From the NCBI GenBank assembly GCA_963802145.1, contig CAWDHN010000005.1, forward strand, positions 188,023 through 252,022: a DNA stretch of 64,000 nt, in the 5' to 3' direction. The position numbers were made by a program, and so were the translations under genes. The notes under the pieces are model-generated. The model saw nothing but the letters and a program-made list of their open reading frames with translations, searched no databases and had not been told where the DNA came from. Each line of letters opens with the position of its first letter. Within the stretch, counting starts at the first letter, position 1. The DNA comes from an uncultured Rikenellaceae bacterium (lineage in GTDB: Bacteria > Bacteroidota > Bacteroidia > Bacteroidales > VadinHA17). Shown here piece by piece: positions 16,806 to 26,684 of the stretch.

Positions 16806-18143
16806 TCAGAAACCTGTATAATTGAACGGGGTGACAGCCTTCATCTCATCCCTGACCGCATCGCTTACATCAAGAGCATCAATGAATTTGCGTATCGCCT
16901 CTCCCGTGATCTTTTCATTGGTCCTGGTAAGTGCCATCAGCGCCTCATACGGTTTGGGGAAGCCTTCCCTCCGCAGAATTGTCTGCAGCGCTTCGGCAAC
17001 CACCACCCAGTTTTCTTCCAGATCGCTCCTGATTTTATCATGGTTGACGATGAGCTTTGCCAGTCCTTTTTTAACAGACTTCCAGGCTATGAGCGAGTGT
17101 GCCATTGCCACGCCTGTATTGCGTATCACCGTCGAATCGGTCAGGTCGCGCTGCAACCTTGATACCGGCAGCTTTGACGAGAGATGCCCCAGGAGCGCGT
17201 TGGCCACACCCAGGTTTCCCTCACCGTTTTCAAAGTCGATGGGATTAACCTTATGTGGCATGGCTGACGACCCGATCTCGCCCTTCACTATCGTCTGCTT
17301 GAAATAGTCGAGTGAGATATAGCTCCACACGTCCCTGCAGAGGTCGGTGATGATGGTGTTGATCCGGCTGATATTGTCAAACAGCGCTGCCAGTCCGTCA
17401 TAGTGTTCTATCTGTGTCGTCGTCTGCTGCCTCTCGAGTCCCAGCTGCTCATTCAGCAGCCTGTTGGCAAACTCCACCCAGTTGACAGACGGGTATGCCA
17501 CCTTGTGTGCATTGAGGTTTCCTGTTGCGCCGCCGAACTTGCCGCTGTATTTTGTCATCATCAGGGTCATAAGCTCAGCATCGAGTCTCTCGCTGAAGAC
17601 CGCCAGCTCCTTCCCCAGCCTGGTGGGCGTCGCCGGCTGACCGTGCGTGCGGGCCAGCATGGGCATGTCAGCCCACTCCTCTGCCATGGCTTCCAGAGCT
17701 TCGCGCAGCGAGACCAGCATGGGTATAATGACCTCCCTGACAGAGTCCCTGATGGCCATCGGGATGGCAGTGTTGTTGATATCCTGGGAGGTAAGGCCGA
17801 AATGGACAAACTCACTCCATCTGCCAAGACCCAGCGCCGAGGTCTTCTCCTTCACGAAGTACTCCACAGCCTTGACGTCATGGTTGGTGACAGCCTCCTT
17901 CTGCTTGATGAATTCGGCATCGGCCATGGAGAATTCGCGGTAAACGGATCTCAGCTCCTGCTCCTTCCCTTCCGGAAAGCCTGCAAACTGCTGCAGGCGG
18001 GCCTGAGAGAGGGCAATGAAGTACTCCGTCTCCACGAGCACACGGTAGCGCATCAGTCCAAATTCCGAATAATACGGGATAAGTTCCGTCACCCGCTCAC
18101 CGTAGCGGCCGTCGACCGGTGAAATTGCCTTTAAACGGTCCAT
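16806..18143 (-). CDS. purB: Adenylosuccinate lyase
   Basis: AISPVDGRY, TNHDVKAVEYF, HFGLTSQDIN, ARTHGQPA and the signature GSSAMPHKVNPIDFEN. Confidence 0.97.
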   Translation of the reverse strand: MDRLKAISPVDGRYGERVTELIPYYSEFGLMRYRVLVETEYFIALSQARLQQFAGFPEGKEQELRSVYREFSMADAEFIKQKEAVTNHDVKAVEYFVKEKTSALGLGRWSEFVHFGLTSQDINNTAIPMAIRDSVREVIIPMLVSLREALEAMAEEWADMPMLARTHGQPATPTRLGKELAVFSERLDAELMTLMMTKYSGKFGGATGNLNAHKVAYPSVNWVEFANRLLNEQLGLERQQTTTQIEHYDGLAALFDNISRINTIITDLCRDVWSYISLDYFKQTIVKGEIGSSAMPHKVNPIDFENGEGNLGVANALLGHLSSKLPVSRLQRDLTDSTVIRNTGVAMAHSLIAWKSVKKGLAKLIVNHDKIRSDLEENWVVVAEALQTILRREGFPKPYEALMALTRTNEKITGEAIRKFIDALDVSDAVRDEMKAVTPFNYTGF

Positions 18144-18255
18144 GGTATTATTTCCTCACCGTGATTTAATCAATGAATCAAAAAACAAAAATACTATTTT
18201 GTACTGGTGTAAAAAAATTGAACCTTTGCATTTATCTGCATGAGGAGCAAATGAG

Positions 18256-19023
18256 ATGGAAAAGATAAGGGTTTCAGCAGTCAAATACATTAACAGTTAC
18301 CCGTTCATGATAGGCCTTCGCGACGGTGAGGTGGCACGGATGATAGATCTCGAGGTCTGCCATCCCTCTGAATGTGCTGACAGGCTTATCGCAGGCCGGA
18401 CGGATATCGGGCTGATACCTGTTGCCACGATTGCTTCAATGAAGGAGTATCATATTGTGAGCGACTACTGTCTGAGCTCCGACGGCGAAGTGCGGACCGT
18501 TCTGCTCGTCAGCAACACTCCCTTTGAAGAGATTACGAAGATTTACCTCGACTACCGCTCGAGGAGCTCGGTGGCACTTTGCAGGATCCTGGCGGCAAAG
18601 GCCTGGAAGCGTGATTTTGAATGGCTCCCGGCTTCGGAGACGTTTGACATCACGGCCATGAAACAGGGCGAAGCGGCTGTCATGATAGGAGACCGCTGCT
18701 TTGAGTATGCACATCTGTTCTCATTCAGGCTCGATCTGGGTCTGGAGTGGAAAAACTTCACCGGCCTGCCGTTTGTCTTCGCATGCTGGGTCTCAACAAA
18801 GGCCCTTCCGGAGGAGTTTACGTCACTCTTCAACAAGGCACTTGGTGAAGGCCTCGACAGAAGGAATGAGGCGGTGGCGCTTCTTAAGGAGGACGCAGCA
18901 GCCACACCGGAAGAGGTCATCCGGTACCTGAACCACAACATCGACTTTTATCTTGACGACCGTAAAAGGGAGGCTCTGACAAAATTCATTAACTATATCA
19001 ACGAACTAAAAATAACTCCATGA
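18256..19023 (+). CDS. mqnA: Chorismate dehydratase MqnA (futalosine menaquinone pathway)
   Basis: VKYINSYPF, GEVRTVLL, SRSSVAL, MIGDRCF and DLGLEWKNFTGLPFVFACW match the MqnA/MqnD family. Confidence 0.82.
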   Translation: MEKIRVSAVKYINSYPFMIGLRDGEVARMIDLEVCHPSECADRLIAGRTDIGLIPVATIASMKEYHIVSDYCLSSDGEVRTVLLVSNTPFEEITKIYLDYRSRSSVALCRILAAKAWKRDFEWLPASETFDITAMKQGEAAVMIGDRCFEYAHLFSFRLDLGLEWKNFTGLPFVFACWVSTKALPEEFTSLFNKALGEGLDRRNEAVALLKEDAAATPEEVIRYLNHNIDFYLDDRKREALTKFINYINELKITP

Positions 19024-20445
19024 ATAAGCTCTTTATCCAACTCATAACATTGCTCTTCATCGTCTCCGTCACTATCCAGGGAGCAAAGGCTCAGTCGGGC
19101 CCCGACACCACGACGCTGGTGTACAAGGTGAAGATAGACAAGATGATAGCGGCGCCGCTGTGGCGCAGCGTGAAAAAGAGTTTCGTCGATGCCGACTCGG
19201 TGAACGCCGATTTTATGCTGATACACATGAACACCTACGGCGGACAGGTGGATATTGCAGACTCGATGCGCACCCTCATCCTGAACCACAACATCCCCGT
19301 CCTGGTTTTCATAGACAACCAGGCCATCTCTGCAGGTGCCCTGATAGCGATCTCTGCTGACAGCATATACATGCGGCCCGGCGCCAGCATCGGCGCCGCC
19401 ACCGTGGTTGACCAGGCCGGGACAAAGATGCCTGACAAGTACCAGTCGTTCATGCGGGGCATGATGAGAGCCACGGCGGAAGCCCACGGCAAAAAGCCAG
19501 TGGTGAAGGACGGCGACACAACATGGGTATGGCACCGAGATCCGGAGATAGCCCAGGCGATGGTTGACCCGTCAATAGTGTTAAAAGGTATCGTAGACAC
19601 CGGCCAGGTGCTGACGCTGACAACCCTTGAAGCCATCAAATACGGTTTCTGCGAGGGAGAAGCGGAGACAGTCGAAGATGTGATTGCGCAGGCCGGCATA
19701 AAGAATTACACTATCAGGGAGCTGAAGCTCTCAGGAGCTGACAGGATAATCATGTTCCTCGTCAATCCCGTTGTCTCAGGACTTGCTTATTATGCTGATC
19801 ATCGGTGGCATATACTTCGAGCTGCAGTCGCCCGGTGTGGGATTCCCCCTGGCAGCTGCTGTAGTGGCGGCGCTGCTCTACTTTGCACCGCTGTATCTTG
19901 AAGGTGTTGCCGCCAACTGGCACCTCATGATCTTCATCGTGGGGATAATCCTTGTGGCGGTAGAGATCTTTGCCATACCCGGCTTCGGTGTCACAGGCGT
20001 TTTGGGCGTTATAGGCATTGTGACCGGACTGGCCTTTGTCATGATTGATAAGATCGTGTTCAGGTTCGGCCCCTCGGGTGACGGTGTCAGGGAGGTGGTA
20101 GGAGCATTTTCAATTGTGGCGGTGGCCGCTGTCCTTTCATTCGGCCTGTCGCTCTGGCTCTCAAGCAAACTGTTTGCCCCGAACCGCCTCTTCGGAAGCC
20201 TGGCGCTTGAGACATCGGTGAACCAGGCTGACGGCTTTGTCAGCTTTGACATGGAGAAACTGACTGCCCTTGTCGGCAGCACAGGCACGGCACACACTGT
20301 CCTGCGTCCGTCCGGCAAGGTGATGATCGGCGGAGAGGTCTATTCTGCCGTGGCCGAAACCGGCTTCATCGCCAGGGGCACAGAGATCATTGTAAGAAGG
20401 GAGGAACAGGGTCAGCTCTATGTGGTGGAAGCCGGCAAGGCATGA
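19020..20445 (+). pseudogene. nfeD: NfeD-family membrane-bound serine protease, split by a +1 frameshift near 19783-19785 (possibly a sequencing error)
   Basis: The 5' ORF carries the ClpP-like NTYGG and AISAGALIA...SIGAA motifs. The 3' ORF carries the TM region (ELQSPGVG...EIFAIPGFGV) and the C-terminal OB fold (LRPSGKV). Removing one base restores a 474-aa ORF. Confidence 0.85.
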
Positions 20446-20451
20446 GAGGAG

Positions 20452-20895
20452 ATGAGTCAGATAACCGTCAGACATTATTCAGCGGGCGACTTCCCGGGCA
20501 TTATGGAGCTCTGGACAGCCACCGGCCTGAGCAGACCCGAGAGAGGCGATGATGAGGAGACGGTTGAACGGAGCATAGCAATGGGAGGAGCCATGCTTGT
20601 CATGTGCGACGCGAACACCGGCGGCAGCATAATCGGCACATCCTGGATGACCTTCGACGGCAGACGCATCCATATGCATCACTTCGGGATAACCCCGGCA
20701 TACCAGGGAAGAGGCCTCTCAGGAATGCTGCTGAAGGAATCACTGAGGTTCGTCAGGGAAAAGGGATACCAGGTAAAACTAGAGGTTCACAGAACAAACA
20801 AAAAGGCATTGCAACTCTATAAAAAAGCTGGATTTGAATATCTTGGCGACTACGACATATATATCATCAGGGATATTCAATCGATTGAAATCTAA
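20452..20895 (+). CDS. GNAT-family N-acetyltransferase
   Basis: Acetyl-CoA motif HFGITPAYQGRGLS and N..ALQLYKKAGF. Confidence 0.9.
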   Translation: MSQITVRHYSAGDFPGIMELWTATGLSRPERGDDEETVERSIAMGGAMLVMCDANTGGSIIGTSWMTFDGRRIHMHHFGITPAYQGRGLSGMLLKESLRFVREKGYQVKLEVHRTNKKALQLYKKAGFEYLGDYDIYIIRDIQSIEI

Positions 20896-20951
20896 AATGT
20901 TAAAATAACCTTAAAGAGATTTTTTTATTTCCCTAATCAAGAATTATTCAG

Positions 20952-20959
20952 TATATTTG
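20952..20959 (+). promoter_or_regulatory. Bacteroidota -7 element (TATATTTG)
   Basis: Exact match 23 nt upstream of the small HTH gene. Confidence 0.55.
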
Positions 20960-20982
20960 AAGAAATATATCCATTAGAAATC

Positions 20983-21228
20983 ATGGCACGAACAATCACT
21001 TTTGCAGATCTGAGAAAGATCAAGGACCAGCTTCCTGACGGGAGCATAAGGAAGATAGCCGATGAGCTTGATATGTCTGAGGAAACCGTCAGGAATTATT
21101 TCGGAGGCTGGAACTTTGATCGTGGGCTGAGTGCCGGGATCCACATAGAGAAAGGACCCGAAGGGGGCATAGTCACAATAGAAGATACTACAGTCCTGGA
21201 CCTTGCTGAAACTATGCTGCCACGCTAA
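20983..21228 (+). CDS. Small Bacteroidota DNA-binding (HTH) protein
   Basis: GSIRKIADELDMSEETVRNYF has an HTH pattern. The gene has its own promoter and a downstream hairpin. Confidence 0.75.
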   Translation: MARTITFADLRKIKDQLPDGSIRKIADELDMSEETVRNYFGGWNFDRGLSAGIHIEKGPEGGIVTIEDTTVLDLAETMLPR

Positions 21229-21248
21229 TTCATACCCCAACAGGTGAT

Positions 21249-21278
21249 AAAAAGCAAAAGTCCTTACTTTTGCTTTTT
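21249..21278 (+). terminator. A/T-rich inverted repeat after the small HTH gene
   Basis: AAAAAGCAAAAGT-cctt-ACTTTTGCTTTTT. It overlaps a TACTTTTG -7-like motif for the next gene. Confidence 0.55.
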
Positions 21279-21280
21279 TC

Positions 21281-21928
21281 ATGTCCATAATGCCACACCA
21301 CTTTATAGCCAATGCAGAGAACAGGTACAGGAGCATCCTCACAGAGGAGTGCAGGAGGCTCTTTGCCGGTACCCGCATGCCATCGCATGACCTGCATCAC
21401 CATGAGCGGGTATGGGATAACGCATCCCTACTGCTGCAGCGTCTTTACGACTCCGGTGAGGCGGATGACCCGCGGCTGGCAGAGAAGGCCATCATCGCGG
21501 CCTTCTTTCATGACACCGGACTCACTGTGAACCATGGTCCGGATCACGGTCGCGAGAGCCGGGAAATATGCGCAGCTTTCCTCGTAAACAGTGACTTCAG
21601 TCCTGAAGAGCGCCAGGAGATACTCAATGCGGTGGAACGGCATGACGACAAGTATTATCAATCCACCTCCGATCCCTCCTCCCTCGCAGCCATAATTTCG
21701 GTTGCTGATGACATGGATGCCTTCGGACAGACAGGCATCGGGCGCTATACCGAGATCTATTCGATGCGGGGCACCACTGCTGAGGAGATGCCGCAGCTGA
21801 TCATCCCCAATGTCATGTCACGGCTGAGACATCTTGAGGAGACCTTCCGTATGTTCCCTGATATTGTCGCGGAACAGAGAATGAGAGCCGCAGAAGTAAC
21901 CGACTACTTTACAACCAATACAAAATGA
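21281..21928 (+). CDS. HD-domain phosphohydrolase
   Basis: HDLHHHERV, AAFFHDTG, ERHDD and VADDMDA. Confidence 0.85.
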   Translation: MSIMPHHFIANAENRYRSILTEECRRLFAGTRMPSHDLHHHERVWDNASLLLQRLYDSGEADDPRLAEKAIIAAFFHDTGLTVNHGPDHGRESREICAAFLVNSDFSPEERQEILNAVERHDDKYYQSTSDPSSLAAIISVADDMDAFGQTGIGRYTEIYSMRGTTAEEMPQLIIPNVMSRLRHLEETFRMFPDIVAEQRMRAAEVTDYFTTNTK

Positions 21929-23706
21929 AAAAGTACCTCCTGACATTCCTGTTTGCAGTAATTATAACCCTGAGTATCACGGCACAGGAGAAGAGTAAAA
22001 CTCCTGTTCTCAGGTATGATGAGAACCACAGCCTCACCTGGGAGGAGGCAATCAGCTTCTATGCCGACCTTGACAAGAGATACCCTGAGGCCAGGCTCAT
22101 AGAGATGGGCATGACCGATGCCGGCAGGCCGCTTCACCTCTTCATCATCTCAGGTGACGGGGAGTTTGAGCCGGAGACTATCCGCACCAAGGGCAAAGCC
22201 ATCGTGCTCATCAACAACGGTATACACCCGGGCGAGCCTGAAGGCATCGATGCCAGCGCACTTTTTGCAGCTGACCTTCTCGAAAACAAGGACGGGATGA
22301 AGAAATACCTCCGCAACACCGTGGTGGCGATCATCCCGGTATATAATATAGGCGGAGCCCTGACCCGGAGCCAGTACTGGCGGATAAACCAGAACGGTCC
22401 CGATGAGAAGGGTGCCCGGCGCAACACCAGGTTCCTGGACCTGAACCGCGACTTCGTCAAGCAGGATTCGCGTGATGCGCGGGCCTTCGCCGCGATTTAC
22501 AGTTACCTCGATCCGGATGTTTTTCTTGATACGCACACCACCAACGGTTCTGACCACCAGTTTACGGTCACACTCATTGCTACCCAGCCCGAGAAGATGC
22601 ACCCTGAGATGCAGGAGTTCTTCCGCGGCAGTATGCTCCCCGAACTCTACAACCGCATGAAATCGGCACATAAGAATGAGATGGTACCGTATGTCCAGTA
22701 CACTGACAGGGGCGAGATCAAGGCTATTATCGGCTTCGAGGAGCATGCATACTACTCAACCGGATACTCCGCTCTCTTCAACTCCTTCGGCTTCATGACC
22801 GAGACACTGGTATACAAGCCTTACCCGGAACGCGTTGAGGGGACCATGCAGTTTATCACCGAGCTTGTGCGCTACACCTCCATGAACCATAAGGAGATCC
22901 TCAGGCTGAGGGCTGAAGCCAACAGGCAGACTGTCAACGCACACGAGTATGTGCTGGACTGGGAACAGGACACTACCCGGTGGGACCTGGTGGAATACCA
23001 CGGGTACCGGTATGAAGAGACGACCACACCCATCACAGGCAGGAAATCGGGTTTTTATAATCGTGACAGGCCATACACTGATACCATCAGGTACTACAAC
23101 TACTTCAACCCATCCCTCACCGTGACCGTCCCTGCGGCTTACATCGTGCCTTTCGCGTGGGAGGAGGTCATTGAAAGGCTGCAGGCTAACGGCGTGGTGA
23201 TGCATCAGCTTCAGAGTGACACGACCATGACGGTTGAAGCCTATTACATTGACAGCTTCGAACCGGCAAAAAGGGCCACCCAGGGCCATTACTTCAACAG
23301 CAGGGTTCAGATGCGTGCCGTGACCCGGGAGGTTGACTACCTGAAGGGAGACTATGTGATTCCCATGAACCAGAGGGCGAACAAATATATTGTCACCATG
23401 CTTGAGCCGCAGAGCGAATCGGGCTTCTTTGCCTGGAACTTCTTCGACTCGTTCCTCGAGGGGCAGGACTGGTATTCCGTTTGGGGGTTTGAGAGCCATC
23501 TTAAGGAGCTTCTCGACCACGACCCGGTACTCAGGGCTGCCTTTGACGAAGCCCGCAGCGAAGACGAACGGATGGCCGCCGACCCCGTGGTGCAGCTTCA
23601 GTGGCTATATCAGAACACCCCGTTATCCGAGATGGAGAACCGTACAAGGTTATATCCCGTGGGCAGGATCATGCGGGAAGGACATTTGTTAAACGGCAGT
23701 AAGTGA
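21925..23706 (+). CDS. Secreted M14-family zinc carboxypeptidase
   Basis: Signal peptide, Zn ligands GIHPGE (HXXE), DLNRD and FLDTHTT. Confidence 0.88.
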   Translation: MKKYLLTFLFAVIITLSITAQEKSKTPVLRYDENHSLTWEEAISFYADLDKRYPEARLIEMGMTDAGRPLHLFIISGDGEFEPETIRTKGKAIVLINNGIHPGEPEGIDASALFAADLLENKDGMKKYLRNTVVAIIPVYNIGGALTRSQYWRINQNGPDEKGARRNTRFLDLNRDFVKQDSRDARAFAAIYSYLDPDVFLDTHTTNGSDHQFTVTLIATQPEKMHPEMQEFFRGSMLPELYNRMKSAHKNEMVPYVQYTDRGEIKAIIGFEEHAYYSTGYSALFNSFGFMTETLVYKPYPERVEGTMQFITELVRYTSMNHKEILRLRAEANRQTVNAHEYVLDWEQDTTRWDLVEYHGYRYEETTTPITGRKSGFYNRDRPYTDTIRYYNYFNPSLTVTVPAAYIVPFAWEEVIERLQANGVVMHQLQSDTTMTVEAYYIDSFEPAKRATQGHYFNSRVQMRAVTREVDYLKGDYVIPMNQRANKYIVTMLEPQSESGFFAWNFFDSFLEGQDWYSVWGFESHLKELLDHDPVLRAAFDEARSEDERMAADPVVQLQWLYQNTPLSEMENRTRLYPVGRIMREGHLLNGSK

Positions 23707-23712
23707 TCGTTT

Positions 23713-25170
23713 ATGACAGCCAGTGATCTTAATCACACATATGACAGTGAAGAGTTCCGAAGTCAGGGGCATGAACTCATAGATATTCTTGCCGACTATC
23801 TGCGTGAGGCTGCCTCGCGAAGCGATATGCCGGTGCTGCGGGATGTTGAGCCTGACGATCTGGTGAGGGAGTTCGCCTTTGACAATCCCGCCAACAGGGA
23901 TCTGCCGCTGAGCAGTTTCATCCGGAAGGTCATCGCAAACATGAACCACATGCATCATCCGCGCTTTGTGGGGCATCAGAACACACCTCCGCTGACGGCG
24001 GGAATAATTGCGCAGATGTGCACCACCCTGCTGAACAATGGCGTTGCCGTTTACGAGATGGGACCGGCATCGATGGCTGCTGAGCGTAATGTCGTCAGGT
24101 ATATGGCACGGCTCATCGGCTTCAACGAAGCGGCTGACGGCATCTTCACCCATGGAGGGAGCGCAGGCAACCTGACAGCACTGCTTGCAGCACGTCAGGC
24201 CATGAGCGACTACAACATCTGGGAGGAGGGCGTGAGACATGACAGGCCGGTGGGGATAATCATCTCCGACCAGTCGCATTACAGTGTCTCCCGCAATGCC
24301 AGGGTGATAGGCCTGGGCGGAGGATCGGTAATCAGGATACCCTATGACAGCCGTTATGCCATGCAGACACGGCTCCTGAGGGAGACAATGGCAAAGGCGG
24401 AGGAGAAAGGGATAAGGGTGATATGCGTGGCTGCCAATGCCTGTTCAACAGCTACCGGGACCTATGACAACCTGGAGGAGATTGGTGCTTTCTGCCGTGA
24501 AAACAACCTCTGGTTCCATGTTGACGGCGCACACGGACTGGGAGTGCTGTTCTCTGACAAATACCGTCACCTTGTCAGAGGCATTGAACATGCTGACTCG
24601 GTGGTGCTCGACTTCCACAAGATGCTGCTAACGCCCGGACTGAATACCATGGTGCTTTTCCGTGACGGACAGCGATCATATGAGACCTTTGCCCAGAAAG
24701 CAGGGTACCTGTTTGACAGACAGGACGAAAATGAGTGGTACAACGGGGCCAAAAGAACACTGGAGTGCACAAAGAGCGCGCTGGGGATAGTGGCATGGGC
24801 AGTGATCAGGTACTATGGTGAGGAGGCTCTCGGAAAGTATGTTGAAAGCCGTTACGACATTGCCTCACGGTTCGCGGATGCAATCAGGGCCGAAGATGGG
24901 ATGGAGCTGGCAGTAACCCCTGAATCAAATATAGTTTGTTTCAGGTATGCACCTGCCGGGTGCAGCAGCGGGAGGTTGAACGAACTCAACAGGATGATCA
25001 GAAAGAAGATAGTCAGGAGCGGTGAGTTCTACCTCGTCCAGACAGAGCTTGACGGCACAATATGGCTGCGTACTGCACTGATGAACGCCATGACTGATGA
25101 CAATGACCTCGCCAGGCTGATCAGTGCAATAAGGAGACATGGGGCGGAGCTTGCAATCGGAACTCCTTGA
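23713..25170 (+). CDS. Group II PLP-dependent amino-acid decarboxylase
   Basis: HHPRFVGHQ, GIFTHGGSAGNL, SDQSHYS, WFHVDGAHG and the PLP lysine in DFHK. Confidence 0.9.
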   Translation: MTASDLNHTYDSEEFRSQGHELIDILADYLREAASRSDMPVLRDVEPDDLVREFAFDNPANRDLPLSSFIRKVIANMNHMHHPRFVGHQNTPPLTAGIIAQMCTTLLNNGVAVYEMGPASMAAERNVVRYMARLIGFNEAADGIFTHGGSAGNLTALLAARQAMSDYNIWEEGVRHDRPVGIIISDQSHYSVSRNARVIGLGGGSVIRIPYDSRYAMQTRLLRETMAKAEEKGIRVICVAANACSTATGTYDNLEEIGAFCRENNLWFHVDGAHGLGVLFSDKYRHLVRGIEHADSVVLDFHKMLLTPGLNTMVLFRDGQRSYETFAQKAGYLFDRQDENEWYNGAKRTLECTKSALGIVAWAVIRYYGEEALGKYVESRYDIASRFADAIRAEDGMELAVTPESNIVCFRYAPAGCSSGRLNELNRMIRKKIVRSGEFYLVQTELDGTIWLRTALMNAMTDDNDLARLISAIRRHGAELAIGTP

Positions 25171-25281
25171 TAAGCTAATCAGCGAGTTAAATAACGCAAA
25201 GGGATTTCGGAATGGTATCAGGGAGCCTCGCAGCAGTAGCGAGTCCCTCGAATAGATTTCAGGCAGGGCCACACCGGTTAG

Positions 25282-25893
25282 CTACCTGACGAAGAAATCG
25301 AGCACGGTCTCACCTTCGAGCCGTGCCACAAGGTTATCACCCTGACTGACAGGCCCAACACCTGAGGGAGTCCCGGTAAAGATCAGATCGCCGGTCTTCA
25401 GGGTATAATACCTGGAAACGTATGCAATTATATCGTTGAATGAGAAGATGAGATCGGAGGTGTTGCCACTTTGTTTCCTGGCGCCGTTAATGTCAAGGGT
25501 GAAATTTATGTCTGCCATATCAGCAAACTTTTCCTTCGCGATGAAGGTGCCGAGAGGCGCCGATCCGTCGAAGGTCTTGGAGAGCTCCCACGGGTGGCCG
25601 GCTGCCGAGAATTTACGCTGCAGGTCGCGGGCAGTGAAGTCTATTCCCACAGTCAGTGCATCAAAATAGCGGGAGGCATACCTGGCCGCAATGCCTTTGC
25701 CCAGCTTAGAAATGCGAAGCACTATCTCTGCCTCGTACTGAAGGTCTTCAGAAAAGTCAGGGAGGAAGAAGGGCTTGTTCTTTTTAAGGATTGCCGAATC
25801 AGGCTTGAGGAATATCATAGGCTCAGCCGGCACAGGGCGGTTCATCTCTGCCGCATGCTTCCGGTAGTTCAGGCCAACACATATTATTTTCAT
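25282..25893 (-). CDS. Fumarylacetoacetate hydrolase-family protein
   Basis: CVGLNYRKH, FLKP, YEAE, GIDFTARDLQ and GDLIFTGTPSGVG. Confidence 0.93.
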   Translation of the reverse strand: MKIICVGLNYRKHAAEMNRPVPAEPMIFLKPDSAILKKNKPFFLPDFSEDLQYEAEIVLRISKLGKGIAARYASRYFDALTVGIDFTARDLQRKFSAAGHPWELSKTFDGSAPLGTFIAKEKFADMADINFTLDINGARKQSGNTSDLIFSFNDIIAYVSRYYTLKTGDLIFTGTPSGVGPVSQGDNLVARLEGETVLDFFVR

Positions 25894-25900
25894 GATGCTG

Positions 25901-26671
25901 TCAGGCTTTCCCGAACGAACGCAGCTTAATGGCAGTGAGCACCTGTTTGGTGTTCAGCGGGAAGTCGCCGTTCATCATCCATGAATAGTACGAAGGTTCC
26001 TCCTTGAAGACCATCTCCACAGGCTTGCCCTTGTGCTTGCCGAAGTTGAAGACCTCCACACCCTGCTCGTTGAAGACGATTCGGCCGGCAAGGTCAGCAT
26101 TGTTGTTGAAAGCGCTGAAGGATGACAGTTTTTCGATATCATTCTCAAGGTCGGGATACCTGTCGAGCTGGGCTTTCAGTATTTCATATGTGGCTGCCGT
26201 ATCTGCCTGTGCACTGTGGGCGTTCTCCAGCTCCCTCTGGCAGTAGAACTTATATGCGGCGCTGAGGGTTCTCTGCTCCTTCTTATGAAAGATGACCTGC
26301 ACGTCGACATACCTGTGGCGTGCCGGGTTGAAATCGACATTCACCCTCAGGAACTCCTCACAGAGGATGGGAATATCAAATTTCATCGAGTTGAAACCTG
26401 CCAGGTCGCAGCCTTCCAGGAAAGCCGCGATCTTCCTTGCAACATCCTTAAAGTGAGGCTCATTGGCTACATCCGCATCAGTAATTCCGTGTATGCGCGT
26501 TGCCTCGGGTGAGATCGGAATGCCCGGGTTGATCCTCAGGGTAAGCCACTCCTCAGCTCCTCCCGGCGTCACCTTAAGGGCGGAGAATTCCACGATTCGG
26601 TCAGAAGCGATGCTTACCCCCGTAGTCTCAAGATCAAGGATGACCAGGGGTTTTTTCAGGTTAAGCTCCAT
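25901..26671 (-). CDS. DEDDh 3'-5' exonuclease (DNA polymerase III epsilon-like)
   Basis: ExoI LDLETTG, AGFNSMKFD and ExoIII AHSAQADT. Confidence 0.92.
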   Translation of the reverse strand: MELNLKKPLVILDLETTGVSIASDRIVEFSALKVTPGGAEEWLTLRINPGIPISPEATRIHGITDADVANEPHFKDVARKIAAFLEGCDLAGFNSMKFDIPILCEEFLRVNVDFNPARHRYVDVQVIFHKKEQRTLSAAYKFYCQRELENAHSAQADTAATYEILKAQLDRYPDLENDIEKLSSFSAFNNNADLAGRIVFNEQGVEVFNFGKHKGKPVEMVFKEEPSYYSWMMNGDFPLNTKQVLTAIKLRSFGKA

Positions 26672-26684
26672 ATCTTCAGGGATC

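Noticed and set aside
19783-19785. Programmed ribosomal frameshifting or phase variation at the three split genes
   Set aside because: There is no slippery heptamer, homopolymer or short tandem repeat at any of the junctions.
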